From NCBI GenBank assembly GCA_963801165.1, contig CAWDDT010000009.1, forward strand, positions 64,001 to 128,000: a DNA stretch of 64,000 nucleotides. The letters run 5' to 3'. This document shows positions 36,870-45,715 of this stretch, piece by piece. This DNA is from an uncultured bacterium (lineage in GTDB: Bacteria > Actinomycetota > Acidimicrobiia > Spongiisociales > UBA5794). Position 1 is the stretch's first letter; the number at the start of each line of letters is the position of its first letter. The position numbers were made by a program, and so were the translations under genes. A model generated the notes under the pieces. It made no database searches, was not told the origin of the DNA, and saw only the letters and a list, made by a program, of their open reading frames with translations.

Positions 36870-37679
36870 ATGAAATCAATGACCCTGCACGAGGTCGCCG
36901 CTGAGTTGGGCGTCCACTACATGACCGTCTACCGATATGTGCGTCTCGGATACCTGGACGCACACAAGGAAGGCGGCACGTGGCGTGTTGAACACCAGGC
37001 ACTCGTCGACTTCAAGAAGCCGCCGGCGGCGGCCGGGCACGGCGATGGCTCGGCCGCCTGGGATCAACGGTTGCTACAACGCCTGCTCGCCGCCGATCAA
37101 GCGGGTGCGTGGAGAGTCGTGGAGGCCGCCCAGGCGTCCGGCAAGGCGCTACGTGAGCTGTACGTCGAGATGGTCATACCCGCCATGTATGCGGTCGGCA
37201 AGAGATGGGAGCAGGGAATCGTGACGGTCGCCGAGGAGCATGCCGCCACGCAAGTGATGATCAGAATCGTGTCGCGTCTATCGGCGCAGATTGCCAGAAG
37301 GGGCATCTCGAAGGGCACCGTCGTCATGGGTACGACGGCCTCAGAGCTTCACGTGCTGCCCCTCATGATCGCCGCCGATCTGATCCGGTGCGAAGGTTTC
37401 GAGGTCCTCGACCTCGGCTGCAGACTCCCGGCAGACTCGTTCGCCGCGACCGCGGCCAAGCAGCAACGGTTGGTTGCTGTCGCGGTGAGCGCCACCTCGC
37501 CCGGTCAGGTCGGTGAGATCCAGGCGACCATCCATGCGTTGCGCAATTCAGTCGATGCGCCCATCTTCCTCGGCGGTGCGGCAATCGACGGTCCTGAACA
37601 CGCCAAGCTGTTGGGCGCCGACATCGGTGCCGCCACCGTCGACGAGGTAATCCCCCGACTACTCAGCCTCGTGGGGTGA
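36870..37679 (+). CDS. Cobalamin-binding transcriptional regulator (HTH_17 + B12-binding_2 + B12-binding; CarH/LitR-like)
   Basis: 'EVAAELGVHYMTVYRYVRLG', W-x9-EH motif 'WEQGIVTVAEEH', 'ELHVLP', 'VLDLG', 'FLGGAA'. Confidence 0.9.
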   Translation: MKSMTLHEVAAELGVHYMTVYRYVRLGYLDAHKEGGTWRVEHQALVDFKKPPAAAGHGDGSAAWDQRLLQRLLAADQAGAWRVVEAAQASGKALRELYVEMVIPAMYAVGKRWEQGIVTVAEEHAATQVMIRIVSRLSAQIARRGISKGTVVMGTTASELHVLPLMIAADLIRCEGFEVLDLGCRLPADSFAATAAKQQRLVAVAVSATSPGQVGEIQATIHALRNSVDAPIFLGGAAIDGPEHAKLLGADIGAATVDEVIPRLLSLVG

Positions 37680-37750
37680 GGCCCCCCAAATACCGCTTCT
37701 GGCGTAGCTTGTGCCGGTATCCCGGCACGGTCTACGCACGAAAAGGACTG

Positions 37751-39961
37751 CTAGCCCGCGGCCAGGCCCGCCGCCATCTGGCGGAAGGACTCGAGACCCT
37801 GGGACAGGGACTCGGCCAGGGTGGCCAGCTCGGTCTGGGAGATGTCGATGGAGATGGGGACGTCGAGGTCGACCGGAACCTCCGTCTTGATCGGGATCGT
37901 CTCGTTGACCGGGATGGCGACGGTGAGGTCGATTGGCAGGTCCAGCTTGATCGGCACGGTGATGTTGAGGGGGATATCGATGCCGAACGGTCCGTTGACG
38001 GTAATCGTTGTGTCGAACTGCTCGTCGATGGGGACCGTCGTGTTGATGGGCACCTGGAGGGTCCGGTCGAGCACGATCTCGGTGTCGATCGGCACGGTTT
38101 GGTTGATGCTCACGTCGAAGGTGATCGTCGAGTTGGCGAACTCGTCGATGCCGCTGACTGCATCTCCGAGCGCCGAATCGATTGCCGGCCCCAGCTGGCC
38201 GAGTTTGTCCTGAAAAGCGGTCACCTGCGCCGCGTAGATCGCGGCGCCGCCCTCGACCCGGCTCATGTCCGTGGTGAGTTGCTCTTGCTGCGCCCTGGTC
38301 TCGTTCAGCTCGCTCGACAGTGAGCCAACCCTGGCGACGAGGAACAGCGTCGTCACCACCAGCACCGCAAGCAACACCCCGCCCGCGATGATGATGGGTG
38401 TCAAGTTGCGGTTGGGCTTCATGGGTGCTCCCTCGGCTTGGTCCGTCGCGGCGGGCGGCGATTCCGGTGACATGTGATGGGGGGCCCGGCGCATCATGGT
38501 CGCCACCAGCCAGGCAACGATCAGGACAAATCCGGCTGCGACAAAGGTCTGGGCCATCGCCCTGGTGGTCAGGTCGGCGGAGGCCTCTGCGGCCAGCTTG
38601 CCGTAGTTGGGGTCGCTGAGCGACGGGAGGTCGATCTGGCCGCGTAACTGGTTGAAGCGGTACAGACCCCATGCAGTCAAGCCTGAAAGACCGACGGAGA
38701 GACCGATCAGCCGCATCACCATGACCAGGCTGGCGGCGCTGCCGCGCCGATCGGGCGGGGCGGAATCGACAACTGCCGCGGTGGTGGGCGCCATCACCAG
38801 CCCGAAACCGACTCCGAGGAAGGCGAGTTGCCACGCCATCACCCAGTAGCCGGTGCTGGTGTCCCAGCCGTATCCCATCAGAAGAAAGGCGAGAGACGCC
38901 ACCCCCAGCCCGATCAGCACCGGGGGCCGGTACCAGCGGCTCTCAGTGACCCGGCCGCCGACATACGACGCCAGCGACATCGAAGCCGTCATGGCGCTCA
39001 GCACCCAGCCGGTGATCACCGCGGCGCGCTCCAGATCTACCTCGACCACGTTGATGAACAGCGGGACGTTGACCATGGCGATGGCCAGGGTCCCACCCAG
39101 CAGGAAGTTGACCGACACGGCGGAGACCAGGTTCCGCCCCCGGAACAGGTATGGGTCGATCAGCGGGTCGTCGATTCGTTTTTGCCACCACACGAACGCC
39201 GCTCCGGCGGCGATGGCCAACAGATACAGCCACCGCAATGCGCCCCGGCTGCCGCCGGTGAGCTGTTCGAGGCCGGTGACGCTCTGAATCTGCGCGGGGC
39301 CGAGTAGCGCCAGGTTCAACGAGACCAGCCCGATGGTCAGCAGCGCAGCACCCACCCAGTCGATATGGGCGTGCCGGTCCTCCTCGGGGGCGTCACCGAG
39401 CACGAACCAGCCGGCGACGATGCCGATAATCGCCAGTGGGATGTTGAGGTAGAACTGCCAGCGCCACGCCAGGAAGCGGATGAGCATCGCCCCGTACAGC
39501 GGCCCCCATACCCAACCCAGTGTGTCGATCGCCGCCAGCACCCCGAGCGCCCGTGCCCGGCTGCGTGGCTCGTAGGAGTCGCTGACGGCCGCCATCCCGA
39601 TCGGGACCAGCGCCCCGCCGCCCATTGCCGTCAGCACCCGTCCGACGAGGAAGGGGCCGAGCGTGTGCGTCGTGGGGATGATGACCGAGCCCACGAGGAA
39701 CAACGACAGTGCCCCGATGAACACCCGGCGGCGCCCCAGCACGTCGCTGAGCCGGCCCATGAACGGCATCACCGCCACATAGGCAATCAGGTAGACGTTG
39801 ACGATCCAGGCGGCATCGCCGATACCGTCGGGCAGCACGATGTTGAGGTCGTTGATGATCGGCCGCAGCATCGTCGTCACCACGGTCAGGTCGTCGGCGG
39901 CGATGAAGATGCCAAAGGCGACGACGATCAGGATGGCGCGAGGTGAGGCCAGCTTTCTCAT
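37751..39961 (-). CDS. DHA2-type MFS transporter (P55/Rv1410c-like) with C-terminal TM, coiled-coil and beta-repeat extension
   Basis: 'GRLSDVLGRR', 'WRWQFYLNIP', 'AWGLYRFNQ'; extra ~220 aa of P-I/V-x repeats. Confidence 0.88.
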   Translation of the reverse strand: MRKLASPRAILIVVAFGIFIAADDLTVVTTMLRPIINDLNIVLPDGIGDAAWIVNVYLIAYVAVMPFMGRLSDVLGRRRVFIGALSLFLVGSVIIPTTHTLGPFLVGRVLTAMGGGALVPIGMAAVSDSYEPRSRARALGVLAAIDTLGWVWGPLYGAMLIRFLAWRWQFYLNIPLAIIGIVAGWFVLGDAPEEDRHAHIDWVGAALLTIGLVSLNLALLGPAQIQSVTGLEQLTGGSRGALRWLYLLAIAAGAAFVWWQKRIDDPLIDPYLFRGRNLVSAVSVNFLLGGTLAIAMVNVPLFINVVEVDLERAAVITGWVLSAMTASMSLASYVGGRVTESRWYRPPVLIGLGVASLAFLLMGYGWDTSTGYWVMAWQLAFLGVGFGLVMAPTTAAVVDSAPPDRRGSAASLVMVMRLIGLSVGLSGLTAWGLYRFNQLRGQIDLPSLSDPNYGKLAAEASADLTTRAMAQTFVAAGFVLIVAWLVATMMRRAPHHMSPESPPAATDQAEGAPMKPNRNLTPIIIAGGVLLAVLVVTTLFLVARVGSLSSELNETRAQQEQLTTDMSRVEGGAAIYAAQVTAFQDKLGQLGPAIDSALGDAVSGIDEFANSTITFDVSINQTVPIDTEIVLDRTLQVPINTTVPIDEQFDTTITVNGPFGIDIPLNITVPIKLDLPIDLTVAIPVNETIPIKTEVPVDLDVPISIDISQTELATLAESLSQGLESFRQMAAGLAAG

Positions 39962-39965
39962 TGCG

Positions 39966-40673
39966 CTAGCTCCCGGTGTCGGGCGGTGTTATCTCGACCG
40001 GCTTGCCAAACTCGGAGAACTCGATGAGCCAGTCGGTCGTTTGACCCTCGAAAACTGTGGGAAGTTCCGCTTCTCGCACATACCCCGTCTCGGGGTCGAT
40101 CCACATGTCGAGCTCGACGGGTTGCTTGTCGATCAGTCCGGCGAGGATAAGCGCTACCCGGTCCTCGTCGGCGGTGGCCCGGATGTGGTAGCGCGGCGCC
40201 CCGTTGTGATCTTCCGCGCCGATCCACACGACGTCGCTGAGACCCTCGGCGAGCAGGGGTCGCCAGCCCTCCTCCGGGTCGAACAGCGTCGCCGGGTCGA
40301 ACTCGTATCCCGCGGGCGCTTCTTCCCAGTCACCGGAAATAGGGTTGGTCAGCCAGGTCTGACCGTTGATGGCGATCGCCCCGATCTGGGCGTTGATGTT
40401 GCCGACCGCGAGCGTCACCACCGCGTCGGCGGAGCTCGGTGCGGCGAATTGGCCCTCGGCGAGCTTGAAGTTGAGGGTGTCCAGCGGGTCGATGTAGACG
40501 GGAGCTCCGCTTCTCTCGATCTTGAACCTGACGTAGTCGATGGTTCCCATCGCCTGGGCGGCGGCGTCGAGCACCGGCCCCGGTTCGGGGGGGAGTGTGG
40601 TCGCCGGTGCCGCCCCACCGCACGACGAGGCGAAGAGAGTGGCCGCAACCAGAAGACGCCACGCGGTTTTCAT
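39966..40673 (-). CDS. LppX/LprAFG (LprG-like) lipoprotein
   Basis: Lipobox 'LFASSC', 'LKLAEG'-like strand, 'FDPATLFDPEEG', 'FSEFGKPVEITPP'; 4 bp upstream of the MFS gene. Confidence 0.82.
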   Translation of the reverse strand: MKTAWRLLVAATLFASSCGGAAPATTLPPEPGPVLDAAAQAMGTIDYVRFKIERSGAPVYIDPLDTLNFKLAEGQFAAPSSADAVVTLAVGNINAQIGAIAINGQTWLTNPISGDWEEAPAGYEFDPATLFDPEEGWRPLLAEGLSDVVWIGAEDHNGAPRYHIRATADEDRVALILAGLIDKQPVELDMWIDPETGYVREAELPTVFEGQTTDWLIEFSEFGKPVEITPPDTGS

Positions 40674-40756
40674 GGCGTCACCCTAACCGACCAACGTTCT
40701 TGCGGATATCCGTCGCCCTCTGCTGTTGTGGCGGTCGATTGAGCGAGAATAGAGGG

Positions 40757-41269
40757 ATGATAACCCCCGTGAACATCCGTGCGGCGGACGCTGCCGACGT
40801 CGGCGCTCTGGCGTCTGTGCAGCTCAACAGCGCCCTGGCCGCATTCGCCCACATCTTCCCGGCCGCGATGCCAAAGCCGACCCGGATCGGATTGGAGAAG
40901 GAGTGGCTGGCGAGGCTCGCCGATCCCGAGCAAACCGTGCTCGTTGCCGAGACCGAGGACAGCCAGGCCGGGGTCGTCGCCTACGGGCTGACCCCCGAAG
41001 TGGCCATTGCCGGTGGCATCCTGACCAAGCTGTACGTCGCGCCGGAGCACGAAGGGCGCGGTATCGGGTCGAGGTTGCACGACGAGGCGGTCGCCGGTCT
41101 CCGTGTCTCGGGCTGTACCAGCGCACACTTGTGGGTACTAGAACGCAACATCGCGGCGAGGCGGATGTATCTGCGACGGGGATGGAAGCTACAGCCGCGG
41201 TCCAAGAACCTGTGGCCGGGGAGTGGGATCCTGGAGCTGTGCTACATCCTGGATCTGGTCGGCTGCTGA
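40757..41269 (+). CDS. GNAT family N-acetyltransferase
   Basis: 'KLYVAPEHEGRGIGSRL', 'LWVLERNIAARRMY...GW'. Confidence 0.88.
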   Translation: MITPVNIRAADAADVGALASVQLNSALAAFAHIFPAAMPKPTRIGLEKEWLARLADPEQTVLVAETEDSQAGVVAYGLTPEVAIAGGILTKLYVAPEHEGRGIGSRLHDEAVAGLRVSGCTSAHLWVLERNIAARRMYLRRGWKLQPRSKNLWPGSGILELCYILDLVGC

Positions 41270-41359
41270 ATACCTGGGAGACACACGCGATGACGTGGTT
41301 GACAACACTGGGCGCCGGCGGGGTTGCCCCCAACGCCGGTCGCGCAACGGCTGGATGAT

Positions 41360-41596
41360 CTATTCGTCCTCGACGTACCGATCGATGTGCTCGTGGATCC
41401 ACTCCATGACACCGATTTCCAGACCACGTAACACCCTGACAACGGCCAGATCGTACGCGATTCGGTCATCGCTGTGGTTCTCTGGAGCGTGTGCATTCAT
41501 CCGGTACGTCTTTCCGGATAGCTCCAACGCTCCTGTCGCATCGACGCCGGCGTCGGTCTCCTCCAACTCGATCGAGATCGCAATTGCCTCGCTCAT
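41360..41596 (-). CDS. Small hypothetical protein (DUF1876/dsRBD-fold-like)
   Basis: RBS AGGAGG; 'RIAYDLAVVRVLRGL' helix after beta strands. Confidence 0.55.
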   Translation of the reverse strand: MSEAIAISIELEETDAGVDATGALELSGKTYRMNAHAPENHSDDRIAYDLAVVRVLRGLEIGVMEWIHEHIDRYVEDE

Positions 41597-41686
41597 GCGA
41601 GCCTCCTGTCGCGTAGGTATCCACAATCATCGGTTGCCGGACCCCGTGTGTTTAGTGCCGTATGGCACGAGTTCCGCGCTGGCCGG

Positions 41687-41878
41687 CTACCGGTCGTCAC
41701 GGTCCCCGGTCCGGCCCCCGACCCCGGACAGCACTCCGATCCCGAGGGCGATGAGCAGGAGCGGCCAGAGCGTTGTCGGGGACAGTTCGTAGAGGCCGAG
41801 CGCCTCGAGCAAGAACATCACCCCCAATGCGAGGAAGACGATGCCGGATACAAGCGTGCGACGCTGGCTCGGTGTCAT
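41687..41878 (-). CDS. Small two-TM protein (DUF5668/LiaI-LiaF TM-like)
   Basis: 'GIVFLALGVMFLLEALG...LWPLLLIALG'; ATGA overlap. Confidence 0.78.
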   Translation of the reverse strand: MTPSQRRTLVSGIVFLALGVMFLLEALGLYELSPTTLWPLLLIALGIGVLSGVGGRTGDRDDR

Positions 41879-42516
41879 CGGTATACCTCTACCTTTCCGA
41901 CTCCGACCCGTGCGTCGATGATCAACCGGTTGGACGCCTCCGCGAAGCCCGGATCGACTGCCTGCTGCTCGATGCTGACCCCATCCTGGAGGGAGTCGAG
42001 CAAAACCAACTCACCCGCCGCCGCCCTGCCGTCGATGGACACGGCGACGTCCGGGCCGATCCCGTCGATGACGATCCTCCCAAAGGTGACGCCCACGGAG
42101 AGTTGAGTCTCCCCGGCCGGGAAAACCACGTCGTCAAGGTGGAGAAGCAACTCCCCGGCGACCAGGTGGTAGTCGGCATCGAGCGTCTCGATCGTCGGCT
42201 GGTAGCTGCGATTCCCGACACCGCCCGAAAGCGGGACGGAAAACGCGGCGCTGAATGTGCTCATCAGCGCCAGGATGATCGACAGTGCGATGCCCGCACC
42301 GAACAAACCTTCCGGGCGATCCTCACGGTTTGAGGCCGCGACCATGACGATCCCGACAATGGCGAGAACGGCCGCAATGAGGGCTCGCCACGGAACGTCG
42401 GCGATGTCGAGAGCGCCAAGCAGCCACCCGGAGCCAACCACGACGAGGATGGCTCCCCAGACCAGCGGTCCGTAGGCGATGGTCCGGGCGTGCTCGGGCG
42501 AGTACGGATCTCTCAT
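41875..42516 (-). CDS. LiaF-related membrane protein with toast-rack C-terminal domain
   Basis: Three TMs, then 'AGELLLHL', 'FGRIVI', 'VGVGKVEV'. Confidence 0.72.
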   Translation of the reverse strand: MRDPYSPEHARTIAYGPLVWGAILVVVGSGWLLGALDIADVPWRALIAAVLAIVGIVMVAASNREDRPEGLFGAGIALSIILALMSTFSAAFSVPLSGGVGNRSYQPTIETLDADYHLVAGELLLHLDDVVFPAGETQLSVGVTFGRIVIDGIGPDVAVSIDGRAAAGELVLLDSLQDGVSIEQQAVDPGFAEASNRLIIDARVGVGKVEVYR

Positions 42517-42920
42517 TTCTTCAGCGAGTAGATGATCACCCCGGTGCCTGCCGCGATCAGTACGGCCGGGAGCCAGAGATCCTTCATCCAGGGCAGGTAC
42601 CTATTGGCCAGCATCGACGTGCCCCCGAGGATGAGCAGACCGCCCAGGATGATCTTGCCGTTGTCACCTGTCGAGACGGCCCGCACCCGGGTTGCCGTGT
42701 CGTTGTCGGCTTCCGGGATCGCGATCCAGGCAATGATGTAGAGGGGCACGCCCGGGCCGAGGAATAGCAGGACGAGCCAGGCGAGCCGCACCCATGCCGG
42801 GTCGATGTTGAGGTAGGCCGCCATGCCACCGGCGACGCCGGCCACCATCCGATCGCCCCGACTCCGGGTCAGCCGCGCCGGCTGGGTCGGTTGTTGGGTC
42901 ACTTCAGCCTCCCTGGACAC
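42513..42920 (-). CDS. PspC domain protein
   Basis: 'LTRSRGDRMVAGVAGGMAAYLNIDPAWVRL', 'YIIAWIAIPE'. Confidence 0.92.
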   Translation of the reverse strand: MSREAEVTQQPTQPARLTRSRGDRMVAGVAGGMAAYLNIDPAWVRLAWLVLLFLGPGVPLYIIAWIAIPEADNDTATRVRAVSTGDNGKIILGGLLILGGTSMLANRYLPWMKDLWLPAVLIAAGTGVIIYSLKK

Positions 42921-42935
42921 ACGAAGTCGCAGCGC

Positions 42936-43154
42936 CTACCGGACCGTGAATGCCAGCTTCACGTCGGCCTTGTACTGGACGACCTTGCCGTCGCTGACCC
43001 GGGCGCTGAAATGCTGTACCTCGACACCGGTGATGCCGCTGATGCTCTCCGCCGCCTTCGTAACGGCGTTGGATACCGCCGCCTCGAAGCTCTCCGCTGA
43101 GATGCCGATGACTTCGATGACTTTGACCGCACCCGAATCGATGAAGTCACCCAT
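42936..43154 (-). CDS. Dodecin family flavin-binding protein
   Basis: 'KVIEVIGIS.ESFEAAVSNAV..A', 'GKVVQYKADVKLAF'. Confidence 0.9.
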   Translation of the reverse strand: MGDFIDSGAVKVIEVIGISAESFEAAVSNAVTKAAESISGITGVEVQHFSARVSDGKVVQYKADVKLAFTVR

Positions 43155-43245
43155 TGTGTTCCTTCCGGTAGCTCGAAGCCCGATGCTACTCGGCCGTTGG
43201 TGCGGAGAATCGGGCTGAATTCCGGCAGCGGTTAGCCTTGCGTTC

Positions 43246-43656
43246 GTGACCACCGGCATTGACTTCACGGGACGCCACCGAGGTCTCCCCCGCTGGGTCG
43301 GGGGGATCCTCGCCTTTGCTTACCCGCTCATTCTGGTGGCCGGTGCACTCAGTGTCGGATTCAGCCGAACGGGCGACATGGCCGACCTGGCCGCGTCGGT
43401 GCTGGCGGTGGGGTTGTTCCTCATCGCAGCACCGACGGCCTGGGTGTTCACCGCAGACTTCATCGTGGCCGGCCGGCTGTTGATCGTGACCTCGGCGCTC
43501 GTCACGTCGCTGCCGTTGTGGTACCTCGTCGGCTCCCGGCTCGCCTTTGCCGCAAACGGTTGGCTCGCCTGGCTGAGGCACTACATCATCATCTGCATCG
43601 TCTGGAGCGTTATCAACGTTCTGGTGTTCGTCCTGATCGGCTCTATCGCCGGCTGA
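43246..43656 (+). CDS. Hypothetical four-TM membrane protein
   Basis: Four hydrophobic segments; fits between flanking genes. Confidence 0.65.
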   Translation: MTTGIDFTGRHRGLPRWVGGILAFAYPLILVAGALSVGFSRTGDMADLAASVLAVGLFLIAAPTAWVFTADFIVAGRLLIVTSALVTSLPLWYLVGSRLAFAANGWLAWLRHYIIICIVWSVINVLVFVLIGSIAG

Positions 43657-43659
43657 CGG

Positions 43660-44112
43660 TCAGCCCACGCCGAGCTTGCTCACCATCGCATAGATCGTGA
43701 GTGCGACGAGGGCGGTGTCGAGGTAGCCCCACATCGCCAACCTGCTCTGGACGGCAGCGGCGCCCTGCTCGTCTCCGCTCTCGTGGAGATCGGCCGCCTT
43801 GCGGCCCAGCGGGCCGAAAATACGGGCGCCTAGCACGCCGCCGACGATGACGGTGATGATCCCGAGGGCTACGAAGAACTGCTCGAACTGGTACTGGGGC
43901 TCACGAAACACCATCCAGAACCCGGTGATCAGAGCAACTACGGCCGCGGGCGTGTAGAGGACGACACCCATACGCACGGTCTGCCGCATCCATGCGGCCG
44001 CGGGTGCGCCTCCGGTCTTCTGCATGATCGGGTTGACGACGATCTGTGTGGCGTTGGCGCCGAGCCAGGTGGCGGCGGCGAGGATGTGGATGAAGAGCAG
44101 TACGTTGTGCAC
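43660..44112 (-). CDS. DUF2269-like four-TM membrane protein
   Basis: 'LLFIHILAAATWLG', 'LITG', C-terminal 'MVSK'. Confidence 0.75.
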   Translation of the reverse strand: MHNVLLFIHILAAATWLGANATQIVVNPIMQKTGGAPAAAWMRQTVRMGVVLYTPAAVVALITGFWMVFREPQYQFEQFFVALGIITVIVGGVLGARIFGPLGRKAADLHESGDEQGAAAVQSRLAMWGYLDTALVALTIYAMVSKLGVG

Positions 44113-44183
44113 CTGAGTCTCCGGTGGTGGTTTGCGGTCGGGCCCGTCAGCCTACGGCAAATCGACAGCCACGCAGCCGCCTG

Positions 44184-44693
44184 TCAGCTCTCGCGCCAGA
44201 TCGTTTCCGGCGGCGAGTCCCCGAACGCAGCGAGGGTGACCCAACCAAGAGTCTTGCCCGTCCAGGAGCGCCATCTGCCGGGGGTGATCTCGATGCATAC
44301 GTCGTCGAGATCGTCCCACAACCCGTTGACCACCGGCAGGGCCTCGTCTATGACGTACTTGGCCCGCAATCGGTGGTTGATTTGATTGGCGGTGTCGCCG
44401 GTGAGGATTCGCGTCGTTCCCGATGCGGTCGCCATGAGATGCGTGCCCGTCGCTGCTGCCCCGTCCACGATGAATGAGATGGTCGGGTTGGCGGCGACGT
44501 TCTTCGCCTTGCGTGTCGACGATCTGGTCTCCCAGTAGATCTTGCCGGACTCGAACAGGAAGAGCACGTAGGCGAGATGGATCGACCCGTCCGGATTGAG
44601 AGTTGCCACCACCCCGTTGATCGACTGGCCGAGAACGTCGTCGATCTCCTCCTGGGTTGGGCGTGCGGTATAGATCTCACTTGCGACTGACAT
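44184..44693 (-). CDS. Pyridoxamine 5'-phosphate oxidase family protein (PPOX class, possibly F420-dependent)
   Basis: 'VATLNPDGSIH', 'KAKNVAANP', 'EITPGRWRSW'; RBS GAGGAGG. Confidence 0.85.
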   Translation of the reverse strand: MSVASEIYTARPTQEEIDDVLGQSINGVVATLNPDGSIHLAYVLFLFESGKIYWETRSSTRKAKNVAANPTISFIVDGAAATGTHLMATASGTTRILTGDTANQINHRLRAKYVIDEALPVVNGLWDDLDDVCIEITPGRWRSWTGKTLGWVTLAAFGDSPPETIWRES

Positions 44694-44762
44694 GGTTCCC
44701 CTCCTCGGATACCCGGCCGACCCTACCCGACCATCGTCGGTTAGGACCCTGAAATATCCCTG

Positions 44763-44793
44763 TTGACTCTCGAGTAGCTGGAGACTGCATACT
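44763..44793 (+). promoter_or_regulatory. MerR-type promoter (19-bp spacer with dyad)
   Basis: TTGACT-N19-CATACT with dyad TCTCGAG..CTGGAGA in the spacer. Confidence 0.82.
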
Positions 44794-44838
44794 GGGTCCG
44801 AAGGCCTTCACGAGACAAGAAGGAAGCGGAGGTGGTTC

Positions 44839-45651
44839 GTGCATCGGATAGGTGAGTTCTCAAAGCTGAGCCGCGTGCCCGTATCGGCTCTGCGCTACTA
44901 CGGCGACCTGGGGCTTTTGCCCGCGGCGGTCATCGACCGGGAGTCCGGATACCGGTATTACACGGCCGCACAGCTGCCCCGGCTCAACCGGATCCTCGCA
45001 TTGAAGGATCTCGGGCTCTCGCTCGATGAGATCGCATCGATCCTCAATGACGAGCTCACCGCCGAGGAGTTACGCGGGATGCTTCGGTTGAAGCGTGCCG
45101 AGATCGGCCAGGCCGTGGCCGACCAGCAAGCTCGGCTGACCCGGGTCGAGAATCGGCTCCGCCTGATCGAGAGGGAAGGAACCATGCCAGATCAGGAGAT
45201 CGTCCTCAGGGAGGTCGAACCTACCCATGTTCTCTTCCTACGTGAGACCCTGCAAGGCGTCGACCGGATCCCGGCCATGATCCAGGACGGATATATCGGC
45301 CTCATGTCGAACGGAGTCAACCCGACCGCACCGGCGTTCTCCGTCTACCACGATCCCGAGTTCAAGCCCGAGGAATTCGATCACGAGATTGCCTACCCGG
45401 TCCCCGATGGGACTCCGCCGTTGGAGACGCCGGCCGGCCGCAAGTTCAGCGAGCGGGTCGTCCCCGGCGGCACGCACGCGATTCTCGTCCATCGGGGGCC
45501 CTACGAGGAGATGGACGAAGCCTATGGGCGGATCGGGCAGTGGATCTCGGACAACGGTCTGCAGATCGCCGGCCCTCCCCAGGAGGCATATTTGACCGCA
45601 CCCGACGACCCCGCCGGGCCGATCACCGAGATCCGTTGGCCGGTGGCCTAG
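44839..45651 (+). CDS. MerR family regulator with GyrI-like effector domain (BmrR-like)
   Basis: 'IGEFSKLS...ALRYY', 'SGYRYY', 'LKDLGLSLDEI', 'HRGPYEEM'. Confidence 0.93.
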   Translation: MHRIGEFSKLSRVPVSALRYYGDLGLLPAAVIDRESGYRYYTAAQLPRLNRILALKDLGLSLDEIASILNDELTAEELRGMLRLKRAEIGQAVADQQARLTRVENRLRLIEREGTMPDQEIVLREVEPTHVLFLRETLQGVDRIPAMIQDGYIGLMSNGVNPTAPAFSVYHDPEFKPEEFDHEIAYPVPDGTPPLETPAGRKFSERVVPGGTHAILVHRGPYEEMDEAYGRIGQWISDNGLQIAGPPQEAYLTAPDDPAGPITEIRWPVA

Positions 45652-45660
45652 CCGCCTCTA

Positions 45661-45696
45661 GCGTCGCAAACCGGAACATATTCCGGTTTGCGACGC
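45661..45696. repeat. Perfect 16-bp inverted repeat between two co-oriented genes
   Basis: GCGTCGCAAACCGGAA-CATA-TTCCGGTTTGCGACGC. Confidence 0.85.
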
Positions 45697-45715
45697 CAAA
45701 GCGAAAGGAGCAACG

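Noticed and set aside
36870-37030. Excisionase-like HTH as a sign of a prophage or ICE
   Set aside because: It is fused to B12-binding domains, and no integrase, att site or phage genes are nearby.
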